A DNA stretch of 63,451 bases, counting the filler, from Octopus bimaculoides (Eukaryota): the NCBI RefSeq assembly GCF_001194135.2. It is 4 parts of 3 records of this genome, joined end to end, with 100 filler letters (N's around TTAATTAATTAA, not from the genome) between each part and the next. Parts side by side here need not be neighbours in the genome. Positions count along the whole stretch, not along the records: positions 51,420 to 60,944 come from NC_068986.1; positions 61,045 to 63,451 come from NC_068983.1; 2 more parts are not named here. One strand, 5' to 3'. Below the pieces are notes generated by a model, which was not told the origin of the DNA, did not search any database, and saw nothing but the letters and a program-made list of their open reading frames with translations. Positions 51,320-63,451 of this stretch are shown piece after piece; position 1 is the first letter of the stretch; every line of letters starts with the position of its first letter. The position numbers were made by a program, and so were the translations under genes.

Positions 51320-52450
51320 NNNNNNNNNNNNNNNNNNNNNNNNNNNNNNNNNNNNNNNNNNNNTTAATTAATTAANNNNNNNNNNNNNNNNNNNNNNNNN
51401 NNNNNNNNNNNNNNNNNNNATATATATATATATTTATACACAAAAAAGAAAAAAAAATATCTACTCAATTCTGACTGCATCCTCCCTCACAATTTAACTC
51501 GTAATCAACTGTTTCATAGAAGCAGACACGTGCAGCACATAATTTGACGTATAACAATACCCTATGCATTAAATATGCTGTTATTAACTTAACTCTTGTT
51601 TTGGGATGCGGATAACGCCGTTGAATATTTTTTTCCTCAACAATTCTATTTGTCTAGGACATCCAATATATTCTCTTCTAGATTTACATAGTGATTTGTT
51701 CATTGTATATACGTTTTTATGACTTATTCTATACATGACTGATAAATCACTAGAAGACCAATACTTTTCCACTGTTGTCTACCGAAAATGAAGAAACAAT
51801 TAAAATAGTATTAATGATTAGTTAATATTATTGTTAAATAATGAATTAACTAAAATTTAATTATTACATCATGGTTAAGTGAAACAAAATTTTCGAATAC
51901 CGGCCCTGGTGTCAAGCAAGTACGTGTATTTATTTGTCTTCTAGTTGTTCATCGAAATCTTTATAAATACTCATTCAAGATACACCTCCATTTTTACTCG
52001 CATGTGCACACACATAACTTTGCAAATGCATACATATATGATTACATTATATGATATTATTTATATTGTAATAAAATTGCCTTAAATCTAGGTTACAAAC
52101 CGGCTCTTAGATACATACATGCATACATACATACATACATACATAGTAAATGCTTGAAGGAGACTCTGGATAAATTGGGATTTTTAGAAAGAGAAATTGA
52201 CCGGCTGATTTGTACATTACAAGTCCAATCTGTGAGTGGAACAGCAAAAATAATCAAGACTTTTCTCAAGTTCCAAATATGAATTTGTCTGATTTAACTA
52301 CATTCCAAAGATGGAGCCTTGTATTTTTGTTGGAAACCGGCTCCCTCTTCAGTGGAAGATTTATAATAATGAAAAAATAGAAGAGACACATACATACACA
52401 CACACATACATACATACATACATACATACATACATACATACATACATACA

Positions 52451-52837
52451 TTGTTGTTGGCACTCTGTCGCTTACGACGTCGAGGGTTCCAGTTGATCCG
52501 ATCAACGGAACAGCCTGCTCGTGAAATTAACGTGCAAGTGGCTGCGCACTCTACAGACACGTGTACCCATAACGTGGTTCTCGGGGATATTCAGCGTGAC
52601 ACAGAGTGTGACAAGGCTGACCCTTTGAATCACAAGCACAACAGAAACAGGAAGTAAGAGTGAGAGAAAATTGCGGTGGAAGAGTACAGCAGGGTTCTCC
52701 ACCACCCCCTGGCGGAGCCTCGTGGAGCTTTAGGTGTTTTCGCTCAATAAACACTCAAAACGCCCGGCCTGGGAATCGAAACCGCGATCCTATGACCGCG
52801 AGTCCGCTTCCGTAACCACTGAGCCATTGCGCCTCCA
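52451..52837 (-). mobile_element. SINE family A, full length, embedded in (CATA)n
   Basis: Family sequence; (CATA)n runs on both flanks. Confidence 0.92.
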
Positions 52838-53996
52838 CTCATACATACATACATACATACATACATACATACATACATACATACATACAATGGGAGTTCA
52901 TTTCTTGCACTAAAATCCCCTAAGGCAGTGCCCTAGATTGGCCGAATTCCAATCAATGAAACCCGTAAAACATAAAAGATAACATATTTCAAAATTAGTT
53001 CTAACCAAGAGAAGCAAGGGAGTTAAATGCGAAATCTAAATTGTTAAGAAAATATTGAATGGAACAAGAGCGCAGAGTACATGTCTATGCTCTGTATGGA
53101 ACATCCATGATGTATAACATAATATTATTATGCATGTGTGTGTATATGCGTATATGTGTTTGTTTGTGTGTGTGTTCGGATGTGTGAGAGTTAGTTCGCC
53201 TATGGCTGTCTGTTTGTGGGTGTGTGAACGTGTGCGTTCTTAAAATCACGAAGAATTTGTCCCTATATTAACAACGTGGTAATGTCATGTACTGTATATT
53301 TATATGTGAGTAATGTAACGACTGTTTATGTATTATATGTAGGAAATATGATGTGTGTTCTGAATTTTGTTAATTAGCTGAAGATTTAGAGATGACTGTG
53401 GGTGGTCTGTGTGCTTAAACGGAGTAGGCTATGGATATTTTCGTAAATTATATTTATTGTTATATGCATAACTGTAAATATCAGTTTCAAGATTTCTCTG
53501 TCTGCACATAAATATTTGTTTATATATATATANNNNNNNNNNNNNNNNNNNNNNNNNNNNNNNNNNNNNNNNNNNNNNNNNNNNNNNNNNNNNNNNNNNN
53601 NNNNNNNNNNNNNNNNNNNNNNNNNNNNNNNNNNNNNNNNNNNNNNNNNNNNNNNNNNNNNNNNNNNNNNNNNNNNNNNNNNNNNNNNNNNNNNNNNNNN
53701 NNNNNNNNNNNNNNNNNNNNNNNNNNNNNNNNNNNNNNNNNNNNNNNNNNNNNNNNNNNNNNNNNNNNNNNNNNNNNNNNNNNNNNNNNNNNNNTATATA
53801 CATACATACATACACATACACACACCCACATATACACGTGATGAATCTGTGTTAATGGTGTTTGTGCTGATTATGAGAAACAGAAATGTTTTATTCAAGA
53901 TCTCAGAGATAGGCAAAGTGATGAATTAATTCCTAGTATTACTACTGATATTTAATTCATTATTAGGTGTATCACTGGAAGACAGTCTAATTTCTA

Positions 53997-54047
<51 letters not shown>

Positions 54048-54096
54048 ATTGCTGCTATTGCTGCTGCGGCGGCTGCTGCTGCTGCTGCTGCCACTA

Positions 54097-54135
<39 letters not shown>

Positions 54136-54614
54136 AAATAATATTAATAATAATAATAATAATATTAATAATAATAATAGGAAGAAGAAGAAGAACAAGA
54201 AGAAGAACAAGAACAAGAAGAACAAGAACAAGAAGAACAAGAAGAAGAACAACAAGAAGAAGAAGAAGAATGAGAAGAAGAAGAAGAAGAATGAGAAGAA
54301 GAAGAAGAAGAAGAAGAAGAAGAAGAAGAAGAAGAAGAAGAAGAAAGAGAAGAAGAAGAAGAATGAGAAGAAGAAGAAGAAGAAGAAGAAGAAGAAGAAG
54401 AAGAAGAAGAAGAAGAAGAAGAAGAAGAAGAATGAGAAGAAGAAGAATAAGAATGAGAAGAAGAAGAAGAAGAAGAAGAAGAAGAAGAAGAAGAAGAAGA
54501 AGAATGAGAAGAAGAAGAAGAAGAATGAGAAGAAGAAGAAGAAGAAGAAGAAGAAGAAGAAGAAGAAAGAGAAGAAGAAGAAAGAAAAAGAAGATGATGA
54601 TGATGATGATGATG
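53997..54614. repeat. Compound trinucleotide array (CTA)(CTG)(CTA)(AAT)(GAA)n(GAT)
   Basis: Seen directly; source of spurious poly-S/poly-R ORFs. Confidence 0.95.
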
Positions 54615-56669
54615 AGGATAATAATTGTTTTGAATTTTTAACACAAGGCTATAAATTTGTAGATGATCTAGTTTGGTCGTGCACATTGACCCCTTTATTG
54701 GTATTTTAGTTTATCGACTCAACCCCACCCCTATAGAATGAAAGGTAAATTTGATCTCGGCGGAATTTGAACTCAGTTACTATAATACGTATTGTTTCTG
54801 ATATGGGCATATTCTTTTCACGTCATTAGACTGGTAAAATTTTATCGACGTTATTATGGTAAATGATAAAGTTGATCTTATCAGGATATGAATACTGACA
54901 GTAAAGAAAAGGTAATAAATTGATTTTAACATTGAATTACATCACACTTGCTAACGTAAGAAAATACACTTTCAATGACAAGAACAAGAGAAATTGATCT
55001 TTTCGGTTTAGAAGTGAGTATACATAAGGAAAACCGAAGCAGTGAAAATAACATAAACCACAAAAATATAAACATTGAAGACGTAAATTACGATGATTGA
55101 TTTAACACATCATGTAAATCACAGAAGTATGTTACAAAGCAGAACAAACAAATACACAATATGGATCACCATAAACCGGACTTGAATAAATGGGAGCAAA
55201 ATTACAAATAAGATTAATCTTAAGATTTATGAATAAGGAAATCAAGTACATGACGATCATACGCTGGAAATACTAAAATAATTTTCAAAAATAAGTATTC
55301 TTTTCTGCCTGAGAATGAAAGTTCCAAAGATAAAATTCAATGATAAAATAGCAACAATGATTTTTAAAAAGTCTTAATCTTGCAATTTTTTGTCATGATT
55401 AAAACAGACGTGAACAGCAGTTTAATACTACCAGTTTAATTTTAATGCTATTTGTAGGAGGCACGGGAATTCCAGAGGGAAGTGGATGCATTTTCAGATC
55501 TACTCTTATAGGAATTTCAAAACCTTTGCAAATAAGACGGAAAACATAGAGAAAAATATGGGGAAAGTGCTTTTAATACACGATGAAATCAATAACGAAC
55601 AATTCGACTCTTGTTCGAGATCAACTCAAAATTTTAAGGACTTCAAACAGAATACTACGATCCGTTTAGACTGAGTTTCTATGATAGTGCCCGTTTTCAC
55701 ATATTATGCCTGAACTCATTTATTATTTTTTAACTTTCCCTCTATACACATTGAAAGATTTAATTCCCTCTCTTCGACAACCCAATGAAAGAGACAAGTT
55801 GAGGAATTTATATGTCGTCACATAGTGAGCTCGAAACAGAAGCGAAATCTTCCTCAAGTGACACTCTCTCACAGTAAAAAAAAAAGAGAAAGAAAGGCAA
55901 TGACACCTTGAGTAAATTTGAGGAAAAAATGATATGATGGTCACGGCTGAAACATCTTTGATTTTATGTTTATCTCCTTTCGGCTTTAAAAGCATAAGGA
56001 GTATAAGCAAATGACAACGCAACGTAAGTCTTCGTATTCACACTGTTACTGTCATTAATTATTGATGTATCTATTCTTTACGATATCATGCCTAACACTT
56101 TCAGTAACTCTAAGCCAAGCACGGTATCTTGAATGTAAAACTATGACAATAGCTGGGACTTACAATAACTAGCATAAGATGGTATAAACTCCAAGAATGC
56201 CTCTAAATATCTATAAGTTTAATTGTCACGAGTAGGGAAGAAATCTAATAAAAGTTTTAAGTAATGGTGGATGAAAGTGAAAGACGAGTGAAGTTTGTTT
56301 CACTTTAGGCTTCCATTACTTAACTATTCTCCACCGAAAGAGTCTGGTCAGAAACGTCAGATTTTGTTTATTCCTTACAAACAGAAATTTACTCATCATA
56401 ACACAGTAGCTGAATATAAAATTTACTTACGAGAATCAATTATGTTCCCTGTTATTCAGAAATAGAATCAATTTGTTGTTATTGTTGTTGCTTAAACCCA
56501 GATCAACACTCATCGAATCAACTCGTGTTTATCTAAGTAGTTCAAGTTATAACCATCTAGTCTTATTTTTTTTTCTTCCTAATTTCTTTGTGACTTGTGT
56601 GGTTATCCATAAGAATACATTATCAAATATGAGTGGAGGGAGATGTGACAGCTGTTTCTTATTTCTTTA

Positions 56670-56887
56670 TTGCCCACAAGGGGCTAAACATATAGGCGAA
56701 AAACAAGGACAGACAGAGGGATTAAATCGATTACATCGACACCAGTGCGTAACTGGTACTTAATTCATTGACCCCGAAAGGATGAAAGGCAAAGTCGACC
56801 TCGGCGGAATTTGAACTCAGAACATAAAGACAGACGAAATACCGCTAAGCATTTCGCCCGATGTGCTAATGTTTCTGCCAGCTCGCC
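56670..56887 (-). mobile_element. SINE family C
   Basis: Family-diagnostic head and central domain. Confidence 0.85.
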
Positions 56888-58997
56888 TGGATCGAATATA
56901 ACATACAGGAAGATGATCTCGTTGGTTCGAGACAACGTTTGTTAGGCCAACACTTAAGAATTCAGTGTTAGAGAGTAAAACAGTGGTTAAACTTGATCCC
57001 ACAATTTTAAAATCAATAGCATTTTAAATTTTGATAGTGATAATTTTATCTTTTATTCAGACACAGCATATCTAGGTCTGTATTATCCCAAAGAGCCTTC
57101 AATTTTTGTGACTGAAAGATGTGGTAGGAGAAATATTTACGTATCAGGTCCGACGATAGCTTAAGAGCTCCCGGATTCTTTTCTTATAACAAAACAAAGA
57201 AATTCACTGTATGACTAAGTGCAGAAACATTTATCTACTTTTCTATGAAGGTGTGAGCCTCAGATGGCAGATTAAATATGAAGTATACTGGTTGATAGCT
57301 TTAGAGCTGATATCTCATCGGCAGCATAGCACTATGAAAAGATCCAGTCATGTAAATTGTTAGTGATTCAGTATAAATATTATAAATATACAACAGAACG
57401 ATATAAGACTTAAGCAAATAAACGTTGGTAGCACAATATAATTAACGATTGTACCTATAGCATAGTTTACAATCAGTGAAGAGGGGATAGTATACTCATG
57501 GTCCGATAAAGGGACTCCTAGACTTGTGGGAGGAAAAAAGACATAGCCATATCCGTTAAAACTGCTTAAGATGACTGATGGCGGTTATCAATTGGGCGGC
57601 AAATTAAGTTTACTACAATCTAGGATTACAATAATATTGTGAAATGATAGCATATAGCATAAGGTGAAGGGTAAAGGTACAATGCGTAACGCAAAGGCAC
57701 TCTGAGATACAGAAGGGACAACAAGTTTCAAAGGTGGCCCTTTGAGTCACAGGACTATGAAGTTCCCTAAAATCTGTTGCATCTATAAAACAACATTCCG
57801 AAGTTCTTTCACCTAGAAAAACCAGCGGCCGAATCTACAGTTAATGAAAAAAATGAATAGATAAAATTACACATTTCTGTCTTTAAAAAATGAAGGCAAG
57901 CATGATAATAATGATATTCAGGATACAAACTCCCTGAATAAATAAAGATGGGATTTCTAGCGCTAAAATGCCCTTAATCATAGGTCTGTTCAATCTAAGC
58001 TGACCTGGGCGAAAAGGAGAGCCACAACGAAAGCAAAAAGCACAACAGCAACTTCTACCACAACAATAGAAACAATAACAGTAATAGCATCAATGACAAC
58101 AACAACAATAAGTACAATAACGAAGGTTCCATGATGGAATGTTACATTGACACGAAGTAAGTTATTACCAGAGAAATGCATAATCGAGGGAATGGCTCCA
58201 TTATATCGTCTTCGTGGAAACGAAGAATTCAACGATGACACCACAACGTCAACTAGATTATGGGAAGCACCACCACCCCAGTAGCCTACGTAGCCATCTT
58301 TATTTTATATTTATATTTTTATTATTATTTTTTTCGATTGCTATCTATGTTCTGCAAGTATCTATGTAAACAATTTCAGGTATTCTATTTCGATGATGGC
58401 GATATACATTAAGCAGCATCACTCACCATTATATGACATTATCTGATCACCAACAAAACCACGTATACTATATATACGTCAATAAAATACCAGCCAGAAC
58501 TACCATTAGTAAAAGTACTATGACAAAAAAACAATATAATAGAAAACAACAAGGACTGTGATAGCAATACACGAAAAATAAAATAAAATAATATTGCAAC
58601 ACACTACAAGTATGAACACTCCCTCTCCCACACAAATCTACGTATGTTTGTGTGTATGTGTGTGTACATGCGTATGTGTGCATTTATGTACGTGTGCATA
58701 AGTACATATATATATGATTATATATACATGATTATATATTATATATATAATATATATATAGATGATTATATATATATATATACATACACACACAGACACA
58801 CACACACAAACACANNNNNNNNNNNNNNNNNNNNNNNNNNNNNNNNNNNNNNNNNNNNNNNNNNNNNNNNNNNNNNNNNNNNNNNNNNNNNNNNNNNNNN
58901 NNNNNNNNNNNNNNNNNNNNNNNNNNNNNNNNNNNNNNNNNNNNNNNNNNNNNNNNNNNNNNNNNNNNNNNNNNNNNNNNNNNNNNNNNNNNNNNNN

Positions 58998-59037
<40 letters not shown>

Positions 59038-60299
59038 TGTGTCTATATGTACGTACGTATGTATGTATGCATAATGAAATCGAGAACGATATTATAGATT
59101 TATCACTTTTACATCAATTTAACGAATACCAGGGTTAACACCATTGTATTCAATCAGCGAATACATATATGCGGCACAGACACACAACTCACACTCACGT
59201 ATTTTCACACACACACGTAAACACGCGCACATACATATACCTTTTGGAATGCGTCATTGTGTAGGCATATGCATAGGGATGTATGCGTTTCTGTATGTTT
59301 CTGTACGTACGTATATTACTGTACGCGTACAGAGAAAGACGGAGGAAAAGAAAGAGATTGTCTAGAGAATATATGTCTATCTATCTATCTATCTATATAT
59401 ATATATATCTATCTATCTATCTATCTATCACGATATATATATATATATATGTATATATATANNNNNNNNNNNNNNNNNNNNNNNNNNNNNNNNNNNNNNN
59501 NNNNNNNNNNNNNNNNNNNNNNNNNNNNNNNNNNNNNNNNNNNNNNNNNNNNNNNNNNNNNNNNNNNNNNNNNNNNNNNNNNNNNNNNNNNNNNNNNNNN
59601 NNNNNNNNNNNNNNNNNNNNNNNNNNNNNNNNNNNNNNNNNNNNNNNNNNNNNNNNNNNNNNNNNNNNNNNNNNNNNNNNNNNNNNNNNNNNNNNNNNNN
59701 NNNNNNNNNNNNNNNNNNNNNNNNNNNNNNNNNNNNNNNNNNNNNNNNNNNNNNNNNNNNNNNNNNNNNNNNNNNNNNNNNNNNNNNNNNNNNNNNNNNN
59801 NNNNNNNNNNNNNNNNNNNNNNNNNNNNNNNNNNNNNNNNNNNNNNNNNNNNNNNNNNNNNNNNNNNNNNNNNNNNNNNTATATATATGCTTTGTGAGTG
59901 GACTAATATTTGAGACTTGCCGACATCACTTTTCAATTAAGTCCTGAATAAACTGAAAAAAAATTGTAGTCGTTCCGCATTCATTGTTTTGTGCGTATGT
60001 ATGTGTGTATCTATATGCGTTCATGATTATGAATGTATGCATACACGGATGTACGTATGTATGTACGTCTGGATGCATGGATGATTTGATGTATTAAGGG
60101 ACACTTTGCGATCGAGCTGGAGAAGTTGAGAAAGACAGGGCGAGAGGAATAGTGAGATGAAAGAGAGAAAACTAAGGAGGGAGAGAAAGAGAGAAATAGA
60201 GAGGGAGCACATAAGAAAGAGAAAGAGAGAATGCAATTGAGTGTTACAAACATAGACACTTTCAGACCACTATATAAGTACCCATACATGTTATGTGTA

Positions 60300-60354
<55 letters not shown>

Positions 60355-60367
60355 ATATATATTTATA

Positions 60368-60410
<43 letters not shown>

Positions 60411-60447
60411 ATATATATNNNNNNNNNNNNNNNNNNNNNNNNNNNNN

Positions 60448-60501
<54 letters not shown>

Positions 60502-60749
60502 GGAATCTATATATGTATACTTGTATAAATATACATATGTGTGTGAGTATCGGTATATATGTATATATGTGCACATATACATATGTATATATATATGTAT
60601 ACCTAAATATACATATAAATGTATATATAGGCGTGTGTGTACGTATTGAAACGTATATTGGCTTATGAGGAGTGTTTGTATGTGTGTATTTTAGTTCACT
60701 GATTATTAGTATGAGTGAATATATGTTGGTGTACATGTGTGTATGTGTC

Positions 60750-60796
<47 letters not shown>

Positions 60797-61507
60797 TTGT
60801 TGATGTGTGTGTAATATTGTTAAGTTTGCGTCTTCAGTTCTTCTACGTGCCACACGCCATTAACTACGTTGTAAGTTGTGCGATATCGATTCAAACATAA
60901 ACACACAAACACCTGTATATATTTATATATATATATATATATATNNNNNNNNNNNNNNNNNNNNNNNNNNNNNNNNNNNNNNNNNNNNTTAATTAATTAA
61001 NNNNNNNNNNNNNNNNNNNNNNNNNNNNNNNNNNNNNNNNNNNNGCAAAATGTCAGAAGTAATGGAGATTAAATACGCTTTACACCGCTTAAACTGCCAA
61101 AGGAACCGCTTAAACTGCCAAAGGAGTAACTGTAAACACCTGAATACTTGTCAGTGATTGGTTGAAATTATCGAAATAAGACAATTTTTTACATGAAATA
61201 ACTTCGAATACAAAAATATTTTTCTGTTCTATAACACAAAATAGATAAGTATACGAAGTTTGAAAGTCTTTCGGTACCAAAAACACTACATAAAACATAA
61301 ATGAAAACTGGTGCCCCCGTTTTGAACTAGATCCAAAGGCGGTACTCCAAAATGGCTGCAGTCAAATGACTAAAACAAATAAAAGAATGGAATTATCCAA
61401 CCACTTCAATGAATAGGAACTTCGGTTGATCGAACAACTAGCATACATCGTAGAAACTGGGGGAGATCTATTATTATTGTATGTGTGTTTATTGTATGTC
61501 TGTTGGA

Positions 61508-61672
61508 AATATTCGTAGCCACTTTAATATGGCTGTCCGTTTGAGTGGACTCTACTGCAATTTTTTAATCCCAAGAGATGTTTTTAACTAGCTAAAGATG
61601 TCCTTTTGGGGTTACAAAATCGCAGTAGAGTTCGCTCAAACGGACAGCCATGTTAAAATAGCTACTGATATT
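61508..61672. mobile_element. Palindromic MITE-like element
   Basis: ~65-bp arms gtagccactttaatatggctgtccgtttgagtggactctactgc... vs reverse complement of ...gcagtagagttcgctcaaacggacagccatgttaaaatagctac; no clear TSD. Confidence 0.8.
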
Positions 61673-61759
61673 ACTTGTCAGTACAACTACTGCATTGATC
61701 TCTTAGAGAGATTTTAGAACTAGCATTTTTGCTTCTTGCAAAATCAGCGACTGTGTGTT

Positions 61760-63451
61760 TGCTTGAAATATATATATTGCATGCAGAAGTGAGCTACTAT
61801 CATCTCTAGAAGACAAGGAGGAGGGGGCATGGTGGTCCTACTCAGGAAGACCTTGGACTTACAGGTAAGTAGTCTTTCTGGACCCAGAAAGTAGGCTGGT
61901 CGTCCTAGATTTGACCCACGAAAGTTAACAGTCCTTCAGGCTGGTAGCTGTCTATGCTCCTAAGGAGTGTAGGCAGTCTACTTTTTATCAAGACCTAGAG
62001 CACTTTCTAGTGACGTCAAAAATGGTAGTTCTGTGAGGAGACTTTAGCACTATCCTCGATGCATAGGTGGATAGTGCTGGCTCGACTGATAGGAGGGGAA
62101 ATCATGGCCTCAAGGGTCTACTAGAGAGCTATAATCTAGTAGACCATTACAGACTGAATGAGCCGAGCATTCCAGTGCACTTGGAGTAATAACGACGGCT
62201 TACACAGGTCTTATATAGACAGGGTATTTGTTAGAGAAAGAGATAGGAATACTTTTAGTTGTCCACAATTTTGTATCGTACCTTACATGGATCACAAATT
62301 TGTGATGTGTGAGGTGCATATAGATAAATGTCATAGACAGAGACCCGGGTACTGGAAGATAAACAAGTCTATTTTGGTTTGTGAAGCCTTCCATGCCCGG
62401 ATTAAGGATTTAGTACAGAGGGCACTATGTGGCGCCATCATTAATAATAGATGGTGGCATGCCCTCAAGAGAGCCATTCGTTTAGAGTCTATTAGACTTA
62501 GCAATCAGCTAAGTTTAGATAGATCTAGAATAGAAAGGGAACTAGTTAAGAATTTAGACGAGGCTATGGAATCTAGCTCTGCGGCTGGAGTGCTGGCAGC
62601 GAGAGCGGTCTTGTACCGTCACCTCAAAGCCAAAAACGACGGCTGCAGAGTTAGAGCTAAGCTACGTGCAAAGGGCTGAGAAGGTATTAACGTTGCCAGA
62701 TGGGCCCATCATGTGGAGCGACAGAGGGGCAAAAAAGCCTCTATAAAGTCTTTAAGTGACGAACAGGAGTGCAAGATCTATGGACAGGAAAGATACAAAA
62801 GGCCTTTCACCAGCATTTCACCTGGTTGTTTGAGCAGAGCGACGCGCTCGAGCATGAGGTGTCCCTAAAGGGCTCCCTAGCTAGTGGGCCTCGATTCTCG
62901 GTACATGAGGTGGAATGCTGTGAAGGACCAATTACACCTGTGGAAGTCAAAGAGGTGTTGGCTGAGTGCACCAGGAACAAGTCACCGGGGCTGGATAGTC
63001 TACCCTATGAGTTTTATCATAGCATGCTGCACTTGTTCGGGGACCTGCTGGCCGGCATCAACACAAGCTGGCAACAGAATGGGAGAATTCCCAGCTGTGA
63101 GTCGGGGAGTGGTGATGCTGATCCAGGAGGACCAGAGCAAGGGGGACAGTATAAGTAATTACAGGCCCATAACTCTACTCAATGTAGAGTTAAAGATTTT
63201 AGCCAAGGTGTTAGCCAAAAGGTTGACGCGTGTCGTGGAGAAACTTGTAGGGAAGGCACAGACATGTGCCATTCCAGGCAGGTCAATCCAGGACAATCTT
63301 TACCTTATACGCTACCCATTAGACAGGTTGGGTAAATTAACCGGCGAAGGTGGGGCACTGGTCTATTTAGACCAAAGTAAAGCGTTTGATAGGACAGATC
63401 ACCAATACCTGGCGGCAGTCCTCGAAGCGGCTGGGCTGGGCCCAGACTTTC
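61760..63451 (+). pseudogene. L1/Tx1-clade LINE ORF2 (APE endonuclease + start of RT), inactivated, runs off the right edge
   Basis: LVAVYAP, *GDFS, TWS..SYIDRVFV, MDH, GYWKIN, KSPGLD, NYRPITLLNVELKILAK, AIPGRSIQDN, LDQSKAFDR, with several stops and frameshifts. Confidence 0.93.

Noticed and set aside
56331-56360. GAAACGUC Penelope/hammerhead-like 3' half (similar weak case at ~44487-44520)
   Set aside because: The CUGANGA box is absent or unrecognisable
61084-61125. 21-bp exact tandem duplication near a gap
   Set aside because: Too short and too near a contig edge to interpret
1-63451. CRISPR-like or prokaryotic defence system
   Set aside because: No regularly spaced repeat-spacer array or bacterial operon; the window is eukaryotic repeat-rich DNA

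Overview
Eukaryotic animal DNA from a gapped draft scaffold. It is AT-rich and very rich in microsatellites. The repeat families suggest a cephalopod, probably Octopus (inference). Most ORFs in the supplied track are artefacts of microsatellites or N-gaps. The only host coding exon I can support is not in the track: a minus-strand first coding exon of a Ser/Thr protein kinase at 17779-17653 (MASARVARLRKHGSTMKDAPLPDKDDEKNGNKLEKYDFLTTI-G, then a GTAAGT donor). Its first intron appears to run off the left edge and is strongly CpG-depleted. The rest is intronic or upstream DNA filled with mobile elements. These are several tRNA-derived SINE families (some with clean TSDs), RTE-tail repeats, a young internally deleted Gypsy LTR element (25238-27648, LTRs about 99% identical, AAGT TSD), a second LTR with a clear promoter, and Gypsy integrase, CR1, R4/Dong and L1-Tx1 fragments. 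There are also hAT-Charlie and piggyBac-type MITEs, and several foldback elements. The most notable non-routine signals are minimal type I hammerhead-ribozyme-like folds at Penelope-type ends (42671-42716, 45660-45699, weaker at 5586-5620). All coordinates and alignments were read by eye, and no database search was run.
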